A stretch of DNA of 64,000 nt from Bugula neritina (Eukaryota > Animalia > Bryozoa): positions 14,332,698 through 14,396,697 of the forward strand of contig OZ037765.1 in NCBI GenBank assembly GCA_964035545.1, given 5' to 3'. The notes beneath the pieces are model-generated. The model made no database searches and was not told where the DNA came from. It was given only the letters and a program-made list of their open reading frames with translations. Positions 27,110 to 38,499 of this stretch are shown piece by piece. A program made the translations under genes and the position numbers. How positions within the stretch are numbered: the stretch's first letter is position 1; every line of letters starts with the position of its first letter.

Positions 27110-28070
27110 TAAGATGGCAGCACCCAGCGATGGAGTCCCGCCATGGGAGAAGAACCTGCGCAACCTCCACGACAAGATGAAGGTGAGCCCGCAAATTGAA
27201 TTGTTTTGGAAAACTTAGTGCCACGGGGCGAGGAGGCTCACAAGAAACTACCTGACTACAGGTACCGCCTGATGGCCCCTTTTTTTGCTGGCAATGAGAA
27301 CATGGAATAATTCATTCAAGAGTTCGATGGCGTGGTAGCCGTCACCCAGTGGCCACTCCGTGTGGCCCTGTTGAAATTGCGGCTGGCTTTGCCAGATAAA
27401 GCCAAACCCTATGGGTTAGGACGTGACGTCAACAGTATCTTTGCTGCATTACGGGCTCGTTTCGGCATTTCTACTAGAAACACCTGAGTCCACTTGCAAT
27501 GGTTGCGGCGCGGCACTTCTTTGCAAGAACATGCCGCCACAGTTAAACGGTTAGCGCAAATTGCGCATAGTGACTTGTCACTCGTTAACCGTGAGCAGTA
27601 CACCTTTGACGCATTTGTGCAGTCGGTGAATGACTTAGGGCTCCATTACCAGTTTCTAGCGAGAAGAGTCGCGACGGTTAAAGATGAACTGCGTGAAGGT
27701 GAGGCTTATCTGTTGGCTACACAGTGGCCGTGCAGGGTCCTGTCAGGTCGAAGCGGAGTTGGCAACTACTCAAGGCAAGACTGAGACGGCGACCCGCGTA
27801 GCTGTCACTACCGCCAAGTCTTCGAGCGCCTCTAAGGTCCCGTAAGTGAACGACATGGTAGCGCAACAGGTCAAGGCGCTCACGCAGTCTCCAGCGGCGA
27901 GACCCGCTAACAGACCATTGAGGTCGAGGGCGAGGCCGCCGAGGAAACGGGCTATCACCTGTCGGGAGAAAGGTAGCCGCGGGCACCTCCACAGGGAGTA
28001 CCCCTCAGCGCAGAGGGAGTTGAACTCTTGCGGCCCGCAGGAGCTTTCGCCAGCTCTGGGCCAGAGATAA
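27110..28070 (+). pseudogene. Gypsy gag remnant, left arm
   Basis: LQEHAATVKRLAQIAHSDL...FVQSVNDLGLH matches the gag at 42672-43463. Degenerate knuckle TCREKGSRGHLHREYP; stops and frameshifts present. Confidence 0.85.
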
Positions 28071-28490
28071 AACTTCCCTCGCGGGGGGAGCCGTCAGCAG
28101 TCCGTACGGATGTGATGGGCAGCCACGCTGGAGTGGCAAGTGCCAAGAAGGACAGGCAAGCTGTACGGTCAGCCTGCCTCCCTCACTGTGCCACTCTAAA
28201 ACCGCCTTGGTGGGTTGCAGACAGGTTTTCGAGGTGGCGGAGACATTTCACCAGACGCTAGGTCTTGTCTCCCCTCGTCATCAGACTCTGACTCTCGCAA
28301 CCTGCCAAAACGGTTCTGGGGTGGCACAGTGAGGGTAGCAGGCTGGCCATACGGCTTGCCTGTCCTTTTTGGCACTTACCACTCTGGCAAGGGCGCCCGC
28401 CGCGTCTGTACGGACTGCTGACAGCTCCTCCACGGTGGGAGTCTTATCCACGGCCCGCGGTTGACGGAAACACCCGTGGGCTGTGTGAGC

Positions 28491-29410
28491 TTAACTCTCC
28501 CCGCGCCAAGAGGCACTCCTTGCAGAGGTATCTGCGACTGCTACACATTCCCAACAGGTGGCAGTCTGTCGCTGTGTCGGCTCCACCCCTGACCTTTGGG
28601 GTCTTTGGTTGGGGCCCACCGCAGTCGACTGTGCCAGCGTCGCTACCCGTTTCTCCACCATCTTAGTCATACGAATGACCTCAGAGTCTGGTGGGGGACC
28701 GGCAGCAGCCGCTGCTACGTGAGCTGGGGGTTTAGGTTTGCAGTGATCTTCTGATAGATTTACAGCGACCTGATGGGAGCTCACGTGGCTTCTGTGTAGC
28801 TGAGTAGCCAACAGATAAGCCTCACCTTCACGCAGTGCATCTTCCACTGTCGCTACTCCCCTTGCCAGAAACTGGTGATGGAGACCTAGGTCATTCACCG
28901 ACTGCACAAAGGTGTACCGCTCATGGTTAACGAGCGACAGGTCACTATGCGCAATTTGCACTAACCGTTTGACTGTGGCGGCATGTTCTTGCAGGAGAGT
29001 GCGCGGGTCGCACCGCAACCTTTGCAAGCGAACTCGGGCGTCTATAGCAGAGATGCCAAATCCCATCTGTAGTGCAGCGAAAATGCTGTTGACGTTGGGT
29101 CCTAACCCATAGGGTTTGGCTTTATCTGTCAACGCCAGCCGCAATTGCAACAGGGCCACACGCGGTGGCCACTGGGTGACGTCTATCATGTCACTAAACT
29201 CCTGGATAGCTTGTTTCATGTCCTCATTGCCAGTAAAGACGGGGGGGGGCCTTCAGGTGGTACCTGTAGTCAGGTAGTTTCCTGTGAGCCTCCTTGCCTC
29301 GTGGCACTGGGTTTTCCAGCACAATTTGATTTGCGGGCTCACCTTCATCTTGTCGTGGAGGTTGCGCAGGTTCTTCTCCCATGGTGGAGACTCCATCGCC
29401 GGGTGCCGCC
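28491..29410 (-). pseudogene. Gypsy gag remnant, right arm
   Basis: 242-aa ORF containing QWPPRVALLQLRLALTDKAKPYGLG...TCWEC, plus a frameshifted N-terminal part (YRYHLKAPP). Confidence 0.88.
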
Positions 29411-31115
29411 ATCTTAATCCTTCTTATTATCCAGATAGTAGTTGCATTGACACACAATTATCCTACTGCTGCCACCACTGTTGTAGTTTTATGCACTATT
29501 GGTTTGGGTATTATTGTGGGCTGGTATTTGCTGCATATCTACTTGCGAGGTTATAGAAGTGACCGAGCTAGTTGAGCGTTTTATAAATAACTGTATTATC
29601 ATCGATTACATACGATGAAAACAATCACAAATACAACGAGTAAAACAACATAAGTATAAACGTGACATGTAGTCAACTAGTTATCTACTGCTACTGCCAA
29701 GACTGCTGTGGAAGGCATTGTTCATATACACAGAGTGACTCCTGATTAGATGACACAGGGTTCCGGCGGTGTCCTCCGTAGTTACGGGCACCGCATAGAC
29801 ATACGGCAGGGTTTGTGGAGTTGTCGTCCTTAACGTTAGTTTCACCATAATCTATAGTCATGTTTAGCAGGGGGCGCTGGGGGGTATACTTCCCCCAACC
29901 ATTACAATATAGTAGTTGAACTGTCTTTAACAAAATATTTCTAACATTTTGTTACCAATTTCGGAACTGCAGATCAATTAATAACCAATACAAATTTAGC
30001 TAATACAAGAATAACTAATAATGGTGGTGCAATGTTCAGTAACAAAGATTGGTGTTATAGTTAAGTTCTCTGAAGCAGTAAGCTATTATTGGGAGTTGGC
30101 AAGTAAATAGACCCTAGTTTGCCTTTTATGCGACTTAAATTAGAGATTGCCGAGTCACGTGTTAATATATAAGTAGAAAAATATCATTAGGTATTTCATA
30201 CACTAGCAGTGCTGTGTTTCAATAGAGGTGCGTATTTATCATCACAGACTGAATGAGAGTGAATAACAGAAAGTGCTGCGTTTATAATAATATTCTAAAA
30301 AGATAGCTTTTTTGTAGCAGCCAAAATCACTATCTCTCAGCCAATAACACAACAGAGAAAAACTTAATGTAGCTAACATAGCTGTGAGAATACAATAAAA
30401 GCTGTATTGATTCAACAGAAGCTTTCCAAGCTCATGTAATGTCCTAACAAGCAGTGACTTTTCTCTTAGATCAAATGAATTGTAGCTTTAAGCTAAGTGA
30501 TCAAAAGTGTTATAAGTGCTACAGTTAAATCCCCAATTTTCTGTGGTTTCCTAAAAATTCCCTCAGTAGAAAAGGACAACAAATTTTTCCAGGATTTTCT
30601 GGGACATTTTAGTTGGATGTGGAATGACTTGAAGGAGTCGTACAGTTGAAATATATACTTTTCTTTGTGGTTTAACATGAATATCCGCAAATATTAATTA
30701 AGAATGTTCCACTGGATTAACCTCCTGTTGATGAGGCATGTATGCGGCACTGGTAATTTCTCTTTCTAGCTTATAAGTTCCCCAATAGCTCTTTGTTTTA
30801 ATTAGAAGAAGTTGAAAACAAACTATATTAGCCTATCTAGTATTGCAAAGCTAGCCTTTTTCATCAATACTTTCCTATCTGAGAGTCACAAGGTTTTGAA
30901 CAAAATTAATTGGGCTGCATTAGGTCTGCCTGGCTACAGTTTGGGCATCTTTGAGATATACTAAATTTGCAAAAAATAGGATCATATTATTTTTGCAATA
31001 AGTAGATTTCTAAGTTTTCAGTTTATTGGCAATTTTAGTATGCATAGAAATATTCCAGTCATGCAAAATGCTACACAAAATTTGTTTAGAGATTCAGAAT
31101 TATGACAATTAACAA

Positions 31116-34114
31116 CTATGGTAGCATACGAATAGCCCCATCAAGTCTAATGACCTCTCCGTTCATCATTGGATTTTCTATAACACTTTGAACAAGATGA
31201 GCAAATTCGTCAGGGTATCCTAATCGTTTAGGAAAAGGAACAGTATCTGCCAAGAATTTACGAACTTTTTCAGGAAGAGATGCCATAAGTGGGGTGTCAA
31301 AAAGCCCTGCAAGTAAATTAAATGCTAAATGTGACTAAAGTATTCAAATTATACATTTTTCCAGTTTTATGACAAGAGAAGAATGCATTGATCAAATTTA
31401 AAAGTAGCAAAGCGAGGACGTTCTGGAAAGACCAGCATAGTTTTCTCCACTGTGACGATTGCAAATAGTTTTTATATATATGCAATTTATTAATTAAAAC
31501 TAAGAATGAGCAGACTAAAATGCTTTTGACACAACTTTTGATCATAAAACTACCCACCTAGACCAATAAGCTACAAAAAAATATGTTAACCAGTATCAGA
31601 TTATATGCATGTTACAAAATTGATGTAGAAGCATAGATTATGACTCCTAAACCAGAAATGTGAACTTTTCAGAGAAATATTGGACGGTTTTCAAAATTCT
31701 AGCAACTGAACTAACACTAAAAAAACAATTTTGCTCAATAAAAATGGTTTCATTGATATTTAGCCGATGAAGAGGCATAGTCACACAACTTACCTGGTGC
31801 AATTGTGTTCACTCTGATACCAGCTTGAGCAAGATCACGAGCAATTGGTAACGTCATTCCAACTATAGCTCCTTTACTAGCAGAATAAGCAGCTTGACCA
31901 CGCTGCCCGTCAAAAGCCGCAACACTAGCAGTGTTTACAATGACCCCTTTATTTCCATCAGGTCCAGGTTCATTTGCAGATAGCAACTTGCAAGAGAGTC
32001 TGATGACATTGAATGTCCCAATTACATTTACCTGTAAAACACCAGCACATGGGTTAACTAATTTTAACTCATTATCACGTGTTGCTTTTAGATACATCTT
32101 TTTAGGTATTAACACCGACACCGAAATACTATCATCTTCAACTGTAGATAAGGTATTTTTCAAATATTTATATTTACTGCAGTATTTCAACTACACATTT
32201 GTGAAAAAAAACTGATTGATAAAATTTCCAGCTGCTTGCCAGTTTAACAACTACACTTGTTTCAGTTACATAGGAAAGGTTAGATGGATGAATTTAATCT
32301 TTATAAATTTCAGTGCATAGACTATAGAGCATTTAACAAAAGCATCTCTACTAAGAAGTACCTTAAACCAACTTAAAACTGCTTATATTGAGGGCCTATT
32401 GGGAGATACAAATTTTCCTCAATGTCATTTAACGAAAATAGCATAAATAAAATAAATGATCAATAGGTTCAACTAGTTATATAAATTAAATTATAATGAG
32501 TTGTAGATTTAAAAACAAGATATTGTTGATATAATATACTTCATGATTATATGCCAAACATCTTTTTCCACATACCATTTGTACATTTGTGAAACTTTCT
32601 AATTCATGAGGACGATGTTTACTAAAGTTGTATGTCTGAAAGGCAACTGCTGTGCCAGCACAATTAACTACTGCATTTAGTTTGCCAAACCTTGATGCAG
32701 CTACATCAAGAGCAGCATTGACGTCTGATTCAGATGTTACCTGTAACATCAGAAAACTGCCTCATTAATAGCTTACAGTCATTTTTCACAAAAACAGATG
32801 TGAAGTTCGACATGATGAACACATCATGTTAAATAATGTACGAAAATAATGTTAAAACGACTCATACATCAGTAGGACAGAAAATGGCATTCTTCCCCAA
32901 CTCACGAGCTGCATTTGCACCATCTGATGTAGGTAGGTCACAGAGAACAGCCATACCTCCTTGATCAATAATTCTGTCAAAAATCAATAATGCTTCATTT
33001 TTAATATTAATAGAGAATATATGACGCTCCTCTGTTATATCAACAAAATGCCGTGCATATCAATTGCAGCCGGCACTTCTTAATGACGAAATACTTGACT
33101 TTGCACCATAATCCTACCTTTTAGCTGTTGCTCTACCCAAACCAGAAGCTGCACCAGTGACCAGGCCAACCAATCCCTAAACATTAACACATATTCCAAT
33201 TTTTAAAAGCTTTTAAATTAAAAATGTTAATAATTTTCAGAAGGATATATCAAGATGGCAGTAGACCCTTTTCAGAAATCTCTCTAGGGGCATTTAAATT
33301 TTGAAGTTGTCTCTTCCCGCTTGAGAGCAGGGGGCCCTCCATGATTCCATGATAGAAGTAAGAATTTAAGGTTTGTATGAAGACTGTTGCTAGCATAAGT
33401 TTCTTCTTTTCTGAGATAAATATTTTGGCATAAGCACACATATTAGCAGCTCCAGAAATTCAACAATATTTTTTCTTTATGAATTAAAAAAAACTCAGAA
33501 GAGAAGAAACTTATGCTAGCAATAGTCTTCATTCACACAAACCTTAAATTTCTGCTGATTTTATGTGCTTTCTCTACATCATGAAGGTTCCCCTGCTCCT
33601 GGGTGGGAGGAGACAACTTCAAAATATAAATGCCACAATAGGAACATCTGTAAAGGGTCTATTACTTAGTAATAACAAAATAATATAGGTACTAACAACA
33701 TGATGTTTATTGATACAGCAATGGTCAGTGAGACCTGAAGCACTTGCATTGTGAACACTACTAGCTCTAAAAATTAAAACTGGCAAAATGAAGTAATATT
33801 ATTTTACAAGATAATGTACTTCTTTGCATTATTTTAACCACTTGTTAGAAACAATCAGTGTTTATTAATGTGTAGCTTGATATAAAATAAGCATGCTCTT
33901 ATTTCATCAGCAATAAACATTGAATAATAGTAACAACAGTATGTATTTAAGTTTTATATGACATAAATGCTACGATGATTGTTGTGCACAAGTGTCTAAA
34001 AATCTGCATTAGAAAAATTTCTTTTTGGCAAAAAAGGCTATTTAATAAGGAGAAACAATTTATTACCATGTTCTAAATATGCATTCAGTTTTATACCTTG
34101 AGACCAGATACCAT
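31116..34114 (-). CDS. HSD17B10: 3-hydroxyacyl-CoA dehydrogenase type-2 / 17-beta-HSD10 (SDR family), 258 aa, 6 coding exons
   Basis: Exons 34097-34114 (MVSGLK), 33118-33176, 32868-32973, 32576-32740, 31794-32031, 31116-31306 (777 nt). Motifs: [68 protein letters not shown]. Confidence 0.95.
33259..33666. mobile_element. Fold-back / MITE-like inverted repeat in an HSD17B10 intron
   Basis: About 160-bp arms (33259-33417 and ~33494-33666) are imperfect reverse complements, e.g. gctagcataagtttcttc / gaagaaacttatgctagc and ttttgaagttgtctc / gagacaacttcaaaa. No TSD identified. Confidence 0.75.
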
Positions 34115-34624
34115 GTTGATATATGATTTTAACCAGAGCAAAAGAGCATTCACTATATTATTCTTTCATTCACTTCAACACCTTCTTAAATTTTCTTTTA
34201 AATTTTAGCAGATTTCTGTAACTGAGATCTAAAATATTAAAGTTCAGATGTCTAAATGCAATGACCGTATACAACAAGAAACATTATTGATAATAATTGA
34301 GTTACAGTGACAAGAAAATGGCTAATAATGTTGGTAAACATGAGCTGTTAAATGCATATGTGATTACATATTACATACACATCAACTTTAAATTTCTAAG
34401 TTTAACATTTACTTTTAGTTAATGCCACTATCGCCATCACTAAATGAATCCTATATCAGTATAATAACAGTATATTATACTTATAGTATTAGCATTACTA
34501 TTACCATACTATTACTATCACTATAAGTATAAGTGTAACTATAAGCAAACTAATAGTATACCACAACTATTAGTAATACTAATAGTATTACTTTTAGATT
34601 TAGTAAACTAATAGTAATAGTATT

Positions 34625-35544
34625 CATCATCATCATCATTAGCTGTCCTTCGTGTCCGAAGATGACTTCCGGTGAATCATGGTCCTCCATTTACATCTGT
34701 CTTTGCTGAGAGATTGCCAGCTACCAATAGGGATCTTCAGGTCTTTTAGATTGCGTTTAACGGTATCTTTGAATCTCAGTCGCGGCCTGCCAACACCACG
34801 GGTGCCTTCTTTCAGTTGTGAATAGAGAATTTGCTTAGGTAATCTAGAGTTATCCATTCGATGCACATGACCAGCCCATCTCAGGTTTTTGTGAATGAGT
34901 AGTTCGTACATGCTGGGTAGATTTGCCTGTGCTAGAGTCTCCTCATTCGAGATGAAATCCCACCACTTCACGTTCAAGATCTGGCGTAGATGTCTCATCA
35001 TATAGGTGTTGAATTTGTGAGCGGCTATCCTGTATACAGGCCAGGCCTCCGCTCCATAGAGCAGAGAGGACAGGACAATGGCTCTGTACACTGTACACTT
35101 GGTCTTGAATGACAGATCCTTATTGTACCACACTTTGGTCTTTAGTCTGCCGAATGAGATTGAAGCATTGGACATCCTTGTATGAATCTCTTCATCCATC
35201 TTGTTGTTGCACATCACTGTAGACCCAAGATATTTAAACCTATTAACGTTGGCAAGGTCTTCATTATCTATGCAGATACTGTCACCACTGTCATGGGCTC
35301 CAGGTGCCGGTTGGTAGAGCGTTTCCGTTTTCTTGATATTGATCTTCAGACCAAAAGCTTTGGAAGCTCTGGCGAATCTATTGACTAATTCCTGTGCATC
35401 GCCATGGCTGTGTGCAACGAAGGCAGTGTCGTCAGCAAACATGAGTTCTCTAACCAATACTTTTTGTGTTCTTGTTGTTGACTTGTATTGGTTCACATTG
35501 AACAGATCAGCTCCAGGTCTACTTTGAATCCAGACGCCTTTATC
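34625..35544 (-). mobile_element. 5'-truncated RTE-clade LINE with uninterrupted RT C-terminal ORF, (TGA)n tail and 8-bp TSD ATAGTATT
   Basis: ORF 34639-35496 contains VRELMFADD, FGLKINIKKT, FKYLGS, LLYGAEAW, LRWAGHV. Tail tgatgatgatg follows the stop. ATAGTATT at 34617-34624 and 35545-35552. Confidence 0.93.
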
Positions 35545-35995
35545 ATAGTATTAGTATCACTAATTATTTAGATTAAGTCTAATACTAATAGTATTACTAT
35601 TATATTTATAGTAACCTTAATTAGTAATTACTAAGTATAATGTCTAATACTTATGGTTATTGTTGCAATTGTACTAATAGTAATACTAATAGTAGTATAC
35701 TAATACTTATTATAGTAATACTAATAGCATTTGTATAACTAATAATGACAGTAAAAGCTGTCAGTGTCTGCTTATAAGTATAACTTTTCTTTTTTTAATT
35801 CGTACTGTTAGGTAATTTAATCTAATAGTAATAGTGGCTGTCATACCCATTGTGATTGTGGAATATCTCGGAATTGTCAATCATTCACCGTGACCATTGT
35901 CATTCTGATTGTATGTGTATTATATTAAATTTAATATTTATAATTATTTACATCAAACCTAAGCTCAAGGCCAAGCCCAATGGCAACGGTAATAC

Positions 35996-36472
35996 TGTTG
36001 TCTTTTTGTGAACTAATGTCGGTGGGGTTTTATTGTATGCTGAATTACTGGCTCATAACCTAGCTACGAAGTTTGAGAGAGAACCGAGGAATGGTAGCGT
36101 TAAAAGTAATGTCTATATTTTAGGTCTAATTATACAACAGTAAAAGATACAAGTAATTACAAAAGAGTACACATCAAAGCAGTTACACAATATACTAGTC
36201 TATCTAATAGTTAACCTCAGACTGAGGCTGGGTGCCGGAAGGCGCTACTTATAACTGAAGGGTTTGATCTGATTGGCCAGTGGGGTTCCGGTGGTGGTGC
36301 CCGTAATGAGTGGTGCGGTGCCGCATCTCTATGCGGCATTTTACAATGTTAGCCTGGGTGCAGTATGTAGAGTTATCGTCTCTTGGAACTTTATAATACA
36401 ATATACTGCGTCTTTTACTACAAGTGTTAGTGACATAGTGGTTGGGGAACAATACTTCCCACAGCCATTACA
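35996..36472 (-). repeat. 3' LTR
   Basis: Direct repeat of 43485-43894 with several indels; adjacent to the PPT. Confidence 0.93.
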
Positions 36473-36844
36473 ACTCCCCCCCTCCACCAGCAGAAAGCCT
36501 ACTTTCTGATACACCATACAAACAAACAGAAAGAAAAGAAAAGTATTAGACATTAAAAAAAGTAGCAAAGGTAAATATCTAAAAAAATTCATTAATAAAA
36601 CTTTACAAAATATATAATTGCGAGAAACTCTATTTTGGGAGAATGGGCACCACAGCCACAACAAACTCACGTACGCATCCAGTGTATTTATGAAAAATGG
36701 AATCAAGAAAGAAAATGAAACAACACACAAAATTTATAAAACAGAAGAAAAATATAAGACCTTTAGAGAGATAATAAAAGCACCTGGAAGAATGAGGCCA
36801 AGACTTCCCTAGCTATGGAGTACGTCGAGCGAAAGATGACTAGG

Positions 36845-38167
36845 CTACCGAGACTGAGGAGCCTCGCACTTCAGCCGAGACAAGGAATCTTTGAGGGTAC
36901 TCAGCTCACTGGTAACAGCCAAGACCTGGGGGGTTAGCTGGCTTAGCTTATTTTCCAGCTTGTGCATACGCTGCTCCAGGTCAGCATCGAGTTGGTCATG
37001 GTGTGGACTGATGTGAAAGAGGGTGAAAGGGAGGCGTGCCTCTTCCTTTTCTTGGCCGGTTTCACAGCAGAACGAGGGGTTGAGGAAGGTGCAGGAGTAG
37101 AAGTAGTAGTTGGAGCAGGGGTGGCAGTTGGAGTAGCCGAGTCCAGGCGACGTACTATGACCCGAGGCGACTGGGACCTCTGGCCAGATGAAGTAGAATG
37201 AGTGGGCTGAGAAGATGAGCCATAGTTGATAACATTTGGTAACGGTCCCTCCGTAATGGCCCGAAGGGCAGGGAACCCTTTAGAGAGGCGAGCCAGTTTG
37301 CTCAGGTCTTTTACCAGATGAAGGGTAACGGCAAAGAACTCTGGGAAGGTACTCTAGTCAACTTCAAATAAAAAGCGTATGTTACACTTCGTGGTCTGTT
37401 GATGGTGCAACACATAGTCACAGTTATAACTGTATTCACTGCATGCACAAAATGTCGTGACATAGTGCTGCGGTGCGTGCACTCATAGACGGTGTGTTGT
37501 GAATATTTGATGACATAAATGGCAGGCTGTATTATCGGGGTCTCCCGTGGCCCTCATGATGCTGAAGCTGGGGGATCAGAGTCGTCCAGTCGACCCGGTG
37601 ATAGAGCACTGCAGGTAGACGACCATCTTTCAGTCTAGGAGGACTGTCCCGTGGAGGGGGAGGCTGGGTCTCAAGAGCCGGGTCGTCATCCCAGACTATC
37701 TCTGGTGACGACGGAATGCCCACTGTGGCAGGCCAAGAAGAATCTAAAAGAGCAGGATAAGGAATAGATCTACATGGATCTTTACATCCTAACTTACACA
37801 AATCTCGGCTTTCATCAGCCTAAGAATCACTCCCTTATAAGGCACTCGTGAGACAGCTGACAACTGCTTCCAGTTCCAGGTCTAATAGATCGTCTGTCAT
37901 CGCCATATTCTCGTCTTTATTAGCAGTTGCCAAAGTCCCCAGCAAGTCTAACTCAACTAGATTTATTGAGTCAGACTGAACTGACATCAGATCAGTTTCC
38001 ATAATATCAGGAATAATTGGTTTGAGGGACTTACTTCGAAAACCAGTATTTGAATTCATACTTGAATAGTTCAAGGCAATAGTATCATTAGTAGGCAGTG
38101 CATGTCCAACTTTGACTACTGTCGCATATGAAAAGGATAAGCAGCGTGGTTGTTGCAAGTAGCGCAA
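36845..38167 (-). pseudogene. Degenerate accessory ORF in the env position of the Gypsy element: C2H2 finger, Ser/Thr/Pro linker, NLS, leucine zipper
   Basis: Manual translation gives CHLCHQIFTTHRL*VHAPQH (37465-37524), PAKKRKR (37039-37059, same frame) and LEQRMHKLENKLSQLTPQVLAVTSELSTLKDSLSRL (36872-36979, after a frameshift). Confidence 0.7.
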
Positions 38168-38499
38168 GTGTTATGCTACTGGCGGATGAATTCTACCCAC
38201 TACTACGCCTTCGCAAAGAGAACACTTTCTCCTCTGATCGCAAAACTCCCACGCCGCCTGCAGCAATCCACCGCGGTGACTTCTGCATGACCATATTGTT
38301 GTTTTGCAGTTACATACAAAGTCCCGCAAATAGGGCGGTAGCTGCCGCGACCGCTGTTTTTTTTAAAGCCAACGGTGGCTTCCCTATCGAGGTCATGGAT
38401 GCCGGAGGGGGATTGCAGAGATGGGAGGCCTGCAAGGACTCCTTACTCATCAATAGACCCTCTTCTTCGAAAGAGGACCTCACCTCCTGAGTCAGTCCT

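Larger units (their letters stand above)
26595..29906. mobile_element. Palindromic Gypsy-derived composite: LTR-PBS-gag (+) joined tail-to-tail to LTR-PBS-gag (-), flanked by ATAT
   Basis: Both ends read TGTAATGGTT inward. Left arm: LTR 26595-27050, PBS 27052-27069, gag remnant ~27110-28070 (+). Right arm: LTR 29479-29906, PBS 29460-29477, gag remnant ~28490-29410 (-). Junction at ~28218. ATAT at 26591-26594 and 29907-29910. Confidence 0.9.

Noticed and set aside
26595-29906. DIRS-type element (inverted terminal repeats)
   Set aside because: No tyrosine recombinase or RT is present. The arms are ordinary Gypsy LTR-PBS-gag segments matching the integrase-encoding element at 35996-43894.
36845-38167. 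env gene / endogenous retrovirus
   Set aside because: No signal peptide or transmembrane segment was seen; the motifs look nuclear instead.
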